From: Phyllobates terribilis | Lineage: Eukaryota | Reading direction: 5' to 3' | NCBI RefSeq assembly: GCF_046119375.1 | Contig: NW_027362764.1 | Location: 802,528,001 to 802,592,000, forward strand | Length of the DNA: 64,000 nucleotides | Part shown: positions 1-12,264 of the stretch, one piece after another | Layout of the letters: the number at the start of each line of letters is the position of its first letter | Position numbering within the stretch: position 1 is the first letter of the stretch | Translations under genes and position numbers: made by a program | The notes under the pieces: generated by a model | Databases searched by the model: none | What the model saw: the letters and a program-made list of their open reading frames with translations, nothing else | What the model was told of the DNA's origin: nothing

Positions 1-199
1 TTGTCCCCCAGTCTGTTTACTCCATCCATTGGACGGCACATGGTGTTAATACTGCACATGGTCTCTGTGAAGGTCTGCTGTCCAGCTGCGTCTCATCAGT
101 TGGCTCCTTCGGGTGGGGCTAGTCTGACAATTGAGATTTACCACCCAAAGGAAAGGTTTATCCTTCATTCAGATGGATTATTCTTTTAAATAAAAATCT

Positions 200-1760
200 G
201 AGCGCAGTGCCTCACAGCGCCTCATAAAGCCTCTTTGCGCTTCACAAAGAGCACATCATAGTGCTTTATATCGCATCATAGTGCCTCACAGCGCCTCATG
301 GCACATCATAGCGCTTCATAGCACATCATAGTGCCTCATAGCATAGCGCTTTATAGCACATCATAGTGCCTCATGGCACATCATATTGCCTCATAGCATA
401 GCGCTTTATAGCATGTCATAGTGCCTCATAGCATAGCGCTTTATAGCACATCATAGTGTCTCACAGCGCTTCATGGCACATCATAGCGCTTCATAGCACA
501 TCATAGTGCTTCATAGCATAGCACTTTATAGCACATCATAGTGCCTCGAGCGCTTCATAGCACATCATAGTGCCTCACAGCGCCTCATAAAGCCTCTTTG
601 CGCTTTACAAAGAGCACATCATAGTGCTTTACATCGCATCATAGTGTCTCACGGCACCTCATGGCACATCATAGCGCTTCATAGCACATCATATTGCCTC
701 ATAGCATAGCGCTATATAGCACATCATAGTGCCTCATGGCACATCATTTTGCCTCATAGCATAGCGCTTTATAGCATGTCATAGTGCCTCATAGCATAGC
801 GCTTTATAGCACATCATAGTGTCTCACAGCGCTTCATGGCACATCATAGCGCTTCATAGCACATCATAGTGCTTCATAGCATAGCACTTTATAGCACATC
901 ATAGTGCCTCGAGCGCTTCATAGCACATCATAGTGCCTCATAGCGCCACATGGCACATCATGGCATAGCGCCTCATAGCACATCATAGTGCCTCATAGCA
1001 TAGCACTTCATAGCACATCATAGTGCCTCATGGCACATCATAGCATTGTGCCTCATAGCATAGCGCTTTATAGCACATCATAGTGCCTCATGGCACATCA
1101 TAGTGCCTCATAGCACATCGAAGTGCCTCATAGCACATCATAGCATTGTGCCTCATAGCATAGCACTTCATAGCACATCATAGTGTCTCATGGCACATCA
1201 TAGCATAGCGCTTTATAGCACATCATAGTGCCTCACAGCGCCTCATGGCACATCATAGCATAGCGCTTCACAGCACAGCTTAGCGCCTCATGGCACATCA
1301 TAGCATAGTGCCTCATGGCACAGCATAGTGCCTCATGGCATAGCGCTTCATAGCACAGCATAGTGCCTCATGGCACATCATAGCATAGTGCCTCATGGCA
1401 CATCATAGCATAGTGCCTCATGGCACATCATAGTGCCTCATAGCACATAATAGTGCCTCATAGCACCTCACAGTGCCTCATAGTGCTTCACAGTGCCTCA
1501 TAGCACATTATAGTGCCTCATAACGCATCATATTGCCTCATAGCACTTCACAGTGCCTCATAACGCATCATAGTGTCTCATAGCACATCATAGTGCCGTA
1601 TAGCGTCTCATAGTGCTTTATAGTGCCTCATGGCATAGTGCCTCATAGCACTTCATAGCGCCTTATGGCTCTTCATAGCGCTTCATAGCATAACATATCA
1701 TAGTGACTCATAGCATATCATAGTGCCTTATGGTTCATTCATGGTGCATTATAGCGCCTG
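200..1760. repeat. CATAG-rich degenerate minisatellite with a 363-bp higher-order duplication
   Basis: Variants of GCACATCATAGTGCCTCATA throughout. Diagnostic variants recur 363 bp apart: AGTGCCTCACAGCGCCTCATAAAGC at 206 and 569, GTGCCTCGAGCG at 541 and 904. Confidence 0.9.
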
Positions 1761-3193
1761 CAAAGGCGGATTATAATGAGGGCAATCTGGGCTACCGCCC
1801 GAGGCCCCAGGGGGCCCATGAATTGCTCCCATTATAATGCGCATTTTTTTCGGTCACAGGCACAGCCGCGCTGGCCGAAGGTTAGATGATCACGGTCACC
1901 GCTGCGGGCCCGCAGCTGTAGGCGGTTTGAATCATGCTGTGTCGCCCCGCCCTGCCAGTGCCACATGACGCTCCCATCTGGCTCTGCAGCTGTCTATTCA
2001 CTAGCACGGGCGTGCAGTTTAAATGCTGTTGGGACCGCCCTGCCTGATGTCATGTGGCAGGGCGATCCCAAAATCATTTAAATTTCCCGCCGGCACTAGT
2101 GCACATACAGGGCTGCGCGATGCAGCCAGTGTGTCTGTGAGTGGCTGGCTGCATTTGGGACCGCCCTGCCACATGACGTCAAGCCGGGCGGTACCAAAGT
2201 TCAAAGCAGCCACTCACAGACACGCTGCATCACGCAGCCGCTCCCATCCGGCCAGCTGCAGATCCACCGGGGCGGGCAGTTTGAATTATGCTGGGACCGC
2301 CCTGCCGCATGACGTCAGGCAGGGCCCAGCATACACAGGGGCGCGGGTCTATTTAAATGTTCATGAAAGATCTGACATGAGCCAGTGTCATTCTGCCCTG
2401 CAGCATCTGCTGAAGAGGAGCCGCCACCCACGCACACTGACCCACAGTTTGTCTGCAGCCTGCCTGGTCTACTGCTGAGCCCGGCTGCTTCAGTCTCAAA
2501 GTGTGTATTCTGTCTTAAAAGTATGTTTTTTGTATATCAATGAATAATGGATGGTCCCCTGCAGTTTTATACAGAGTGCTTGCTGGCTGCCTTCTAGTGT
2601 TCCTGCCACTTGCCACAGACAAGCATTAGCTTATATCATCGTCTGTCTCAGACAGTGTCTGTGGACTGTGGCAGTGGAACGGGGTGGGCAGCCAGCAGCA
2701 CTTTGTATGAAAGGGCAGAGGATCATTGTCATTTTTAAAATTTGTACATAATGTTGGGGATGGGAGAGGAGTGGACTGAAACTTCATAAAGACAAATGCC
2801 CCTGCACACTGTCTACGCCCTCCCCCCATCATCTTAGAAATTTTGCTTGCATCATGTATTTCATTATTTGTATAAATATACAAGCAAAATTTCCAAGGTG
2901 GAGGGGTACATAGTGTGCAGGGGCATTTGCCCCATGTAGTTTCAGTCCACTCCCATCCCCCACATTTTTTACACAATGAAAGAATCCTTGGCAAAAGGAT
3001 ACTTGGTTAAAGTATTTTTTTTAACTGAAGGTAAATTTTAGATTAATGGCTGTTTTTTAGGTTAGTTTCACTCGGCAGCTATTTTTTTCAATAATAATGT
3101 TTCAGGTATATGCTGACCCCCCACCCGTCATGAGGGGGGGGGGGCACGCAGTCTCAACTGCCCAAGGCCCTGGCCATCCTTAATCCACCCCTG
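1761..3193. mobile_element. Non-autonomous hAT-type element (MITE) inserted in the minisatellite
   Basis: 8-bp TSD AGCGCCTG at 1753-1760 and 3194-3201. Imperfect 13-bp TIRs CAAAGGCGGATTA and TAATCCACCCCTG (10/13). No transposase. Confidence 0.8.
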
Positions 3194-3350
3194 AGCGCCT
3201 GTTAGTACCTCATAGTGCCTCATAGCGCTTCACAGTGCCTGTTAGTACCTCATGGGGCTTCATAGTGACTCTCGGTGCTTCAGGGTGCCCCTGCGCCTTG
3301 TATTGCTTTATAGGGTGTCTGTACCTTGTAGCGCCCCTGTGCCTCATAGT
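3194..3350. repeat. Continuation of the CATAG minisatellite
   Basis: CATAGTGCCTCATAGCGCTTCACAGTGCC motifs resume directly after the TSD. Confidence 0.75.
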
Positions 3351-4719
3351 CCCTCTTTGTAAAGGTACTGGTTGCACAACTAAGTTTGCCTGACAAAACC
3401 AAGTTCAGCGACTGTAAACTGCATGGCAAGCTTACCGAATTCAGGGGGAAACATATCCTAGCCTCTATTTTGAGACAGAGGGTGGCAGTATTCCTGGCTG
3501 GTACTCAGCTGGCTCGGTGGAATGCCGATTGGAGGCAGGTGACAATAAGAGCGCTTCCATAGTTTTGCAGGTTAATAATAAACCTTGTAGGGTTTCACTC
3601 TTAAAGGTGTAAAATGCTTCTTCAGAGAAAAAGAGGACTTGTACTCCATAGCGCCACCTATTGGAAGCAGCAATCCTACAAGTCACAATCAACCCTTTAA
3701 CGAGTCGTGCAATATGACTTAGGATAAAAGCCAAATCAGAATCTCAATTTGCAGAAGGTAAGGAGGCATCATGTAGTGCTCATACAGCCATTGTGGGTTT
3801 GGTCCAATAGAGCGCAGTTTTCTTGCTTTTTACAGGTTGCACAGAAGTCATAAACATTAATATTTCTGGTCTTGTCCAAGCTCTGACTAAATAGGACCAA
3901 CCCTGACTACTCATATACAGCTCAGCTAACCCAGCTTGATCAAACAAAACAATATTTATTCAGGACAACCACTGATACTTGTGGAGTCTGGCCTGTGTCT
4001 CTCATTAGCTCCAAGACACATACCATCTGCTCTGCTCTCCAGCAGTCTGACTAAGGTGAATGCCTAGCCTGCTCTGGTGCTTAGCTCTCCAGGGGCCCTA
4101 ATCAAGACCTGTAAAGCGATTATTTAACCCAGGCCTACCTGGGTTTGCTACAACCCGAAGGGGCTGTACAGATTCCTGAGAGTTAGATCATTGCAAATGG
4201 ACTCTATAAGACCTGCTAGTAAATCTGCAGTTCCAGATTGCGATATAGTAGTATAGGCATTTAAGGAGGTATACAATCAGGTTCCAATTCACATGAAGCA
4301 TCAAATTTCCTGAGAATAGTTCTTGGCATAAAATGAGGATTTAGGCTTTCAGTTTGTGACCTTCCATTCAGATGTTAATGAGCCTTAAGGCTTTATGGAG
4401 GATTATAGTAGTTAGGACAACTCTCATATCGAAGGAAGAGGCATTGACAATAGTTTACCTCAACTATTTCGGGATTATGGGCAGATCCATCGAGCGCTGC
4501 AGAACTCACTGGGCAGTGAGTAAGAGTTGTGGTCTCCCAAGGTAGAATAAGGAGTCCTACTAAATGTCAAAATTAATAAGCAGTCTGGCCACAACTCTGA
4601 ACAAGGCAATATTGCTGTTAATAACTCTGATCTCCTACATTCCAGTAGTAGAATGGTCACGGGTACACACCCGGGGGCTGCCTCTAAAGACCCGGTTCCT
4701 CTAACCTAAAGAAGCTTAA

Positions 4720-5570
4720 GGCTGCGTGCCCACGTAGCATTTTTCAAGCGTATATGCTGCGGAATTTCCGCAGCATAAACGCTTGTTAAACGCTAGGTAA
4801 TCCGCACCCCATGGTCCCCAAGGGGATTCCGCAAGTTCTATGCACATGCTGCGGATTTTTCCCCAGCGTTTATGCTGCGTTCAAAAATCCACAGCATGTC
4901 CATTAATTTTGCGGAAGCGAGGCGTAATCGCCGCCATAGACTTGCATTGAGACGCATATAATCCGTGTCAGTACATTTGTACTCACGGATTATATACGTT
5001 TCAATGTGCGGATGGTACCCAGTTCTGGAGGAGAGGAGACTCTCATCCAGACCTGGGTACCATTGTACCTGTAAAAAAAAGAATAAAATAAAAAATAAAG
5101 ATTATATTCACCTTCCGACGGCCCCCGGTCTCCTTCCCTTTGCTTGCGGGCAGGACTGTAGGACCTGCGGTGACGTCACAGTCATGTGACCGCAGGCCCT
5201 TCAGTGCAGTGTCCCACGATCAGCTGGCAGCCAGGAAGGAGCGCAGCAACACACGCCGGGCCATCGGAAGGTAAGTATAGGTTTATTTTTTTATTTTTAA
5301 ACATTCTTACGGTCACACTATATAAATCCATGCCGGTTACATGGATTTATATAGTGTGACGAAGTTGTCAAGCACTTTCCAAGTGATGCTAAAATCGCCT
5401 GGAAAGCGCTTGTCAATCCGCATGCGGAAACGCAAGTGAAGAACGCTTCAAATCCACATGTATTTGGCAGGAAAAACGCATGCACAATCTGCATGCGTTT
5501 TTTCTGCCAGGGAGATGCAGAAATGATGCAGAAATTTTCTGCTTCATTTCTGCATCGTGGGCAGATAGCC
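4720..5570. mobile_element. PIF/Harbinger-type MITE inserted in the DIRS relic
   Basis: TIRs GGCTGCGTGCCCACG and CGTGGGCAGATAGCC (12/15), flanked by TAA and TTA. Internal palindromic subterminal sequence, no ORF. Confidence 0.7.
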
Positions 5571-6344
5571 TTAGGCAGTATATAAGAAAGCTCCATTCAT
5601 CTATACATGGTCACCATGTACAGGTCTTGTTATACAACAGTAGCTTTATCTTACGTAAACCATTATGGAGGAACTCTGCCAAGATCCCTAATGACACTTA
5701 TGTCTAATCAGTTCAGATGGCGAAGTCTCACCTTTTATCTTTAACAGCACCTCATATAAAGAGGAAGAGAATTGCAAGTGGACCTTTTTAGCCGTAGACT
5801 ACTGGAACAGTGTCCAACCTTCATTGAATAAGCAAGGAATGTGAAAGTGAGTTTTGGATCTAGACCCATTTTCAGTCCAAAGATGGCACCCGGGAATGTG
5901 AATCCAGTGCTTACGGCTGTAACAAGCCTTCTCTGGAACCCATGGATTCAGGGTCTTCACATTAAAGACTATTATCCCGATGTCCCTGACTTCAGCATGG
6001 TAAATTAGTGACATTCAAGCTTTGTCGGTTAATCCTCTGTTTATACTGATCCTAGAAGATGGGCTGGTTCTGGAGCTAACCTATCTTCCGAAGATAGCTT
6101 CCAATTTCCATAGAAGTCAGGAAATTATGCACCCTACTTTCTGTGCTAATCCAGGAATCCATGGTAGAACAATAAGAAAGCGGATGTCCCCATCAAGGAT
6201 TATGTAAGGTTGCGATTCAGTCTTCACCTTGCACCTTCTATAGACACTATAGGCGTGATCTGTGATCTGCTGTCCTTTCCTTTAGGAAAACTGTTCTACA
6301 GGCTGTAGTCCCACCCTAACTTTAAAGTTTTTTTCTCTGTAAAT

Positions 6345-6691
6345 CTCTCATTGTGGTGCTGTCATGTGTGATAGGAAACCACTAAATTACTTACCAGTAA
6401 TGTGATTTTCCTGAGCCCATGACAGCACCCTTATATTCCCTCCCATCACTGGTAGAAGTTGATCACTTCATTTCCTTCATGGTGTTTGATTCACGCCATG
6501 TGTAGAAGGAAAAATCATGGGATATATAACTATTAAGCAGTGTCCTCTCATGCTCTGTAAACAACTGAGGTGGTGGAGAGGCGCCGCCCTTTTATTCTGT
6601 AGGTTTCCTGTCCTGGAAGGGCGGATCCCCGCTCTCATTGTAGGTGCTGTCATGGGTTCAGGAAAATCACATTACCGGTAAGTAATTTAGT
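6345..6691 (+). repeat. DIRS-type internal complementary region plus 3' terminal repeat
   Basis: 49-bp inverted repeat at 6381-6429 and 6643-6691 (47/49). Direct repeat CTCTCATTGT(A)GGTGCTGTCATG near 6345 and 6632. Confidence 0.7.
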
Positions 6692-6782
6692 GTTTTTCTG
6701 CAGCACGAACATATTCCGCAGTGCTTTACATAGATAATCATCGCTGTCCCCATTGGGGCTCACAATCTAAATTCCCTATCAG

Positions 6783-7619
6783 TAACTCTACCCACAAATG
6801 TTCAATTGGGTTGAGGTCTGGGGACTGTGAGGGCCAATTCAGCACCTCTACTTCATTGTCATTGAACCATTTCTTTGCCAGTCTTGACGTATGATTCGAG
6901 TCATTGTCCTGCTGGAACACTATGTCGTCCTTTTCATACCCATAGTAGTTGAGTGTACGAAGTGACTTCTCTTGTAGGATACTCACATATAGCTCAGCAT
7001 TGAGACCAACATTGATCCTGGTCAAGTATCCAATGCCTTTTGTGGTGAAACAACCCCATATCATAAGGCTTCCTCCACCGAACTTGACAGTTCATTCAAT
7101 TTCTCGATCCGTTAGCCCGTTTTCCCTTGTTTCTTCCAGACCCATTTGCACTCATCAGAGCCTCGTCTATTGACTTTATTCTCATTGCTCCAAATCACCA
7201 TTTCCAGTCTTCTACTGTCCACTTTTTGTACTTTTTTGTAAACTCAAGCCGACGCTTCTTATGTCGATATTGAGGTCGCAGGTTCTTTACCTTTCTTCAG
7301 GCCACCATTCCAGACTTGTGTAATGTGCGTCACATTGTGCTTGCATGGATGTCCGTGATCTCAATATTATGAAGCATACGAGCCACCTCCACTGCTGTTT
7401 ATCGCACCAGAACTGATAGACCTTGTGATGAGCCAACTTGTTGACTCTGATATTTTGTCTGGACGTCCACCTCTTGGCTTTTGGATGGATGACTTCATTT
7501 CGTATTCTTCCAACTGTCATGGCACTCACATGATTCAGGTTGGCAATTTTCTTGGTCAAGAGACCGCTATTGATGAGCTGGATGATGCTGTTTCTCTTTT
7601 CTTTGGAAATCTTCTTCAT
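6783..7619 (-). pseudogene. Tc1-family DD34E transposase, frameshifted and 3'-truncated
   Basis: N-terminus MKKISKEKRNSIIQLI (ATG at 7619). Catalytic region MIWGCF...FQQDND...WPSQSPDLNPIEHLW with 34 residues between D and E. First catalytic D reads WSNE. Homology ends after HLWVEL. Confidence 0.9.
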
Positions 7620-8190
7620 GGCTGCTCCTTGATTCAAACCAGTGACCTTTCGCTTGGGAATCAACCTAATAACACACTGAGCTATTAGGGTATGTGAGAG
7701 CAGGTTGTAATTTGTAATATACAGGAAGAAAAAAGATTTTTCCACCACCGGGAGCAAAACCGTAACAGTGCAGTGACATGGCAAGAATCTGCATATGCTA
7801 AATACAGTAGTTGCAAATCAAATTGATATGAGATAGCTAAGATGATTGTCTATAAAATGATGGTAGTCTCATGTTTGAAGCAGTAGTACATGGTGAGATA
7901 TGGAGCATGAAAGTGAAAAGTTCAAAACATTGTTACCCTTTTGCTCGTCAGTGTATTTCTGTACCGTTCTGGTGATGTTTGCATGTACAGATGAGGGTTC
8001 TGGTGCTTTATTCATGTACTGATGTTGGTTCTTGTGCTGTATTCATGTACTGATAGTGGTTCTGTAGCTGTTTTGATGTGCTGTTGGTGGTTTTGGTGTT
8101 GTATTTCTTCATAGGAGACAGGAAAATATAAAAAATTGTCCTCAGTGGTTGATACCTTTTTTAATGGCTAACTGAAAAGATGGAAATAAA

Positions 8191-8233
8191 TATCAGCTTT
8201 CAAGACTACTTGGGTCTCTTCATCAGGCATAGT
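8191..8233 (-). ncRNA. Degenerate minimal type I hammerhead-like motif (Penelope-like element type)
   Basis: Minus strand reads ACTATGC CTGATGA A GAGAC CCAAGTA GTCTT GAAA GCT GATA: core CUGAUGA, 5-bp stem II with a G-U closing pair, GAAA, palindromic AGCT in place of stem III. Cleavage-site base and stem I look damaged. Confidence 0.5.
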
Positions 8234-8274
8234 CTAACACAAAATCTGAAGAGTCCCCTATTATACACAACAAG

Positions 8275-8760
8275 ACGTGCGGCCTCCCGCTGTGTATAGA
8301 TGGCTACGTGCGGCCTCCCGCTGAGTATAGATGGCGCTGTGCGGCCTCCTGCTGTCTCTGGGGGGGGCACCGTGTGGCCTCCCGCTGTGTATAGATGGCT
8401 ATGTGCGGCCTCCCGCTGAGTATAGATGGCGCTGTGCGGCCTCCTGCTGTCTCTGGGGGGGTCGCTGTGCGACATCTATACTCAGCAGAAGGCCGCACGT
8501 AGCCATCTATACACGTATACTCAGCAGGAGGCCGCATGTAGCCATCTATAAGGTGCCATCTATACACAGCGGGAGGCTGCACGTAGCCATCTATACACAG
8601 CGGGAGGCCGCACCTAGCCATCTATACACAGCGGGAGGCCGCACGGCGCCATCTATACACAGCGGGAGGCCGCACGGCACCATCTATACACAGCGGGAGG
8701 CCGCACGGCGCCATCTATACACAGCGGGAGGCCGCGCGGCGCCATCTATACACAGCGGGA
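8275..8760. repeat. 31-bp minisatellite in head-to-head (inverted) arrangement
   Basis: GTGCGGCCTCCCGCTGTGTATAGATGGC units at 8275-8460; the reverse complement GCCATCTATACACAGCGGGAGGCCGCAC repeats at ~8470-8760 with period 31. Confidence 0.9.
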
Positions 8761-9795
8761 GTCTCAGTGCTTTGCAAGAGCAGTCAATAAATTCTGCTTG
8801 ACTAATTCTGAGCACCATAAAGTCTGGTTCGCTTCTAACCTGCTGTCTTCATTTTCAGCTTGCTGAATTCTATCTCATTTACTGTCATTCGAGACGATGC
8901 CTTTGCTGGTCTCTTTCACCTTGAATACCTGTAAGTGCTCCACTTAATGTCATATTTTTGATTCTGTTCTTCTTCATCTTTTGGCATGTGCAATTGTATG
9001 AGCAAGTATTCATATGAATATGCAAGAGAATAGGGCCAATTATGCTAATGACACTCGGCTCAAACTCTGTCAGAGCTTCAACTGAGTGTGATCCGATTCT
9101 CTCGCAGCACAGATATGGAGAAGATGGAGAACTTACTTTCTCCATCTTCTCCATAGTCTCTGTGAGTGTTCATCGGACTGCACTTGGATGACATCCGAGT
9201 GCAGTCTAATGTTTTACGTGCACCCATAGACTTGTATGGGTGCACATGGTCCGAATATCGAATTAGATTATTTTCTCATGCCGATAATCGCAGATCTGCA
9301 CTGTCCCATAGTATAACATAGGGCCGAGTCCTATCCGATAAAACATCACATAGCATTCAGCCGTGTTATACGACAGTGTGATTGAGCCCTTAGAGTCAAG
9401 GAATATTTACATGCAGATGATGATATTACTCTCCAAGTGTATATTTTTTTAGGCGAGTTCATAGTAAATGTTTTGCCTTTTTGACATGTGATCAACTAAA
9501 GAACAAGAAAGATTTAGGACCTCCCCTATAGAGAAACGGAAAATAGTTTGGAGGACTTGCATGTCCTTTTTTATTTATTATGAGAAAATCATAAAAGATC
9601 CCATTTTTTAACCATGCTGTGACTTTCTGCTGAGGGAGAGGGAGAGAGCTGCCCTATTCAGAGTCTGTAATAAGACCTGCTGACAAAAGTGTTGAAGATA
9701 CAGTCTAATGTGAATTAACAATGAAAAAAAGTTAATTTCACAAGTGGCTTGTATTTTTTTTAATACAAACTTTTTTGTCTTTACAGCTCCTTTAA

Positions 9796-10198
9796 AGGGA
9801 ATCTGTCATCAGGTTTTTGCCACCTAATCTGAGAGCAGCATAATGTAGGGTTAGAGGCAAGGCACTGATTCCAGTAATGTGTCACTTACTGGGCTGCTTA
9901 GTGTTGTTTTGATAAAATCATTGATTTGTCAGAAGGTAATTATCACTAGATGACTGGTAAGTTCTGTAGGACCCCACCCCCATCACTGATCAGTAGATTT
10001 CTGTGTACACTGAGCATGGGCAGAAAGCTGCCAATCAGTGGTGTGGGCGGGGCTATACAGAGCGCAGCATTCAGAGAGCTGCTAGATCTGCAGCAGATGA
10101 AACGGTGATTTTCTCAAAATGACAACAAGCAGCTGAAAAAGTGACACATCGCTGGAATCAGGGTATCTGCCCCTATATTGTGCTGCTCTCAGATGGGG
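9796..10198. mobile_element. TTAA-type palindromic MITE, right end missing
   Basis: TTAA followed by AGGGAATCTGTCA. Internal inverted arms ATCTGAGAGCAGCA (9827) and TGCTGCTCTCAGAT (ends 10194). Confidence 0.55.
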
Positions 10199-10280
10199 CA
10201 GCACAATTAATATTGTGCCAAATTAATTTCCTGTGAACTATCACATGATCTATCACAGGGGATCATGTGACATGTCACGT

Positions 10281-10353
10281 GATAAATCAGGTGGGGGGGG
10301 GGGGGGCGCCTTCTAAACTGCCCGGGGCCTTTGCTACTCTTAATCCACCCCTG
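10281..10353. mobile_element. Isolated end of the same hAT MITE family as 1761-3193
   Basis: Poly-G followed by AACTGCCC and TAATCCACCCCTG (10341-10353), as at 3130-3193. Matching other end not found. Confidence 0.4.
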
Positions 10354-11400
10354 GTAACACCACTTTAGGCAGCCTCCATGGGCAGGGTGTTCGGTAGTTC
10401 TCACCTCAATATAGCGCAGTGCCTCCACCCAAATCTTGCTGGGAGTTGTAGTGGGATGCAGTAGGGTCTTGCTCTTCTGCCATGAGTCGACTCGGGAAAA
10501 TCCCTGTCCACACACTCACAAGAGATGAGGTTGAAAAATTAACAGGTTTATTGTGGAAGTAGGTAAATGGTGAATATGGTAGGATAGGGGTGCTGTATGA
10601 TGAGTGGGGGGGGACTTGTTTGATGAGGGGAGTGGTGGGGAGAGGTCAGAGGAGCGGCAGCCTGTTCTTTATTTTTGTATCTATTTGTTTTTATTAATTT
10701 AATGCGTGGAGATTCCAGCAGCCAATCAGGGCGCAGGAACCATCCACAATGTCCAGACACAAGGGCTTCTGTCATTGGCTTCTGAAGTCACATGTTCCTC
10801 TCCATATAAAGAGCAGACATGTTATTTTAGCACCATTTTGTCAGTGTAACAGCGCAGAGAAGCTGCTCCTGATGCTACAGGATAGTGAGATAGTTATCTA
10901 GGAAGTTGATTGTTAGATAGTTCAGGCCACAATTCAGCATATAAATCTTTTGTGCTAATATTTTTGCTCCAGCCAGAAGTCCACATTTCAAAATCTACGG
11001 TAAATTCTTTGTGCTAATAGCTCCAGCCACACTATCTCTACATATAAATACTGATTGGTAATTTAGTGACAGATGACTCACAGCCTAAAATCTTAATAAG
11101 CCAGACATTTAGATTTGTTAAGCCAAGATAAATACTCTATTATCTTTGTGTATTTGTGTCTGGTCAATAAGAACAGACCAGTATTTGTATAACCCTGAAT
11201 GTTGAATTCTATTCCTTTGGCAACAGTCATGTTTACTATGCTAATGACCAATTGTACTAAAAGCCAGCTAGATGTTTATTTACAACAGCCCCTGTGATAC
11301 CAACTATGTAAATAGATTACCTCAAACAATGATAGCTGAGCCCTGCACCTTTACCTCTTACCTGTGACTGATGACCTTACACAGATGTAAATATAAACAG

Positions 11401-12264
11401 TGTAGCATAGGCGTCTCTGCCCCGTTCTAGGCAGAGACGCCGTCCCTCTCACCTCCCCGCTCCTGGCGCGGCGTCCTCCAGCGCTGCTCTCCCCGCTGCT
11501 TCCTAAGGAGTCCCCGGCCAATTGCCGGAGGACCTCCCATATAAAGGGCACCTCCTCCAAAATGGAGGTGCCCGAGCAATGTTGTTTGCACCTGTGTCTC
11601 ACCTGTGCTTCAGCCCTCAGGTCCCGTTGCCAGTTACCTGCCAGTTACCTGCCAGATTCCTGCCAGCTTGCTGCCTTTGTCCTGCCTGATATCCAGTCAC
11701 CTGCCTGCTAGCCTGAGGTCCGACGGTCTGCCTTCCAACTCCTGTCAGTCTGTCTATGGACCAGCTTGCCCGCTCACCTGGGAGCGCACATCTGTTACCT
11801 GCCTGCTAGCCTACCTGGAGGCTCCGCCGTCACGTGCTGTGACCATCTGCCTTTCCAGAGACTCCTGCCCGCTCACCTGGGAGCGCCCACCTGTTACCTG
11901 CCTGCTAGCCTACCTGGAGGCTTCGCCGTCACGTGCTGTGACCACCTACCATTCCAGAGACTCTCGCTTGCTCACCTGGGAGCACACATCTACCATCTGC
12001 CTGCTAGCCTACCCGGAGGCTCTGCCATCACAGGTCGTACCTACCCTTTACCCAGAGACTGCCCCGGTCACTTGCCATAACTCCCTGCCCGTTCATCCAG
12101 AGACTGCCCCGGTCACTTGCCGTAACTCCAGCCCGTCCACTCAGAGACTGTCCCGGTCACCTGCTGTGACTGCCTGCCCGTCATCCCTGATTGCCACCCG
12201 CTCCCTTACAAGGACCGCCCCCTTGTATAGTAGCTCAGAGGTTCCGCCTCCCAGACCCGTTACA
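11401..12264 (+). repeat. 5' LTR of element A (864 bp)
   Basis: TATAAA at 11540. Three 99-bp internal repeats. Relative to the 3' LTR: 81-bp deletion, 11-bp duplication and about 5 substitutions. Confidence 0.95.

Larger units (their letters stand above)
4100..6691 (+). mobile_element. Decayed DIRS1-like tyrosine-recombinase retrotransposon
   Basis: Manual translation near 4150-4310 gives NPKGLYRFLRVRSLQMDSIR...KEVYNQVPIH, resembling DIRS RT (LNKFL..FRMESLRS..DLKDAYLHIPI). ORF 6022-6207 has YLPKIASNFHRSQEIMHPTFC, resembling the DIRS recombinase. ICR/ITR-like end at 6345-6691. Many stops; left boundary approximate. Confidence 0.7.

Noticed and set aside
3570-3760. Segment resembling a dispersed frog repeat that I recall carrying a hammerhead
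   Set aside because: No hammerhead core is present in this copy, and the family assignment rests on memory only.
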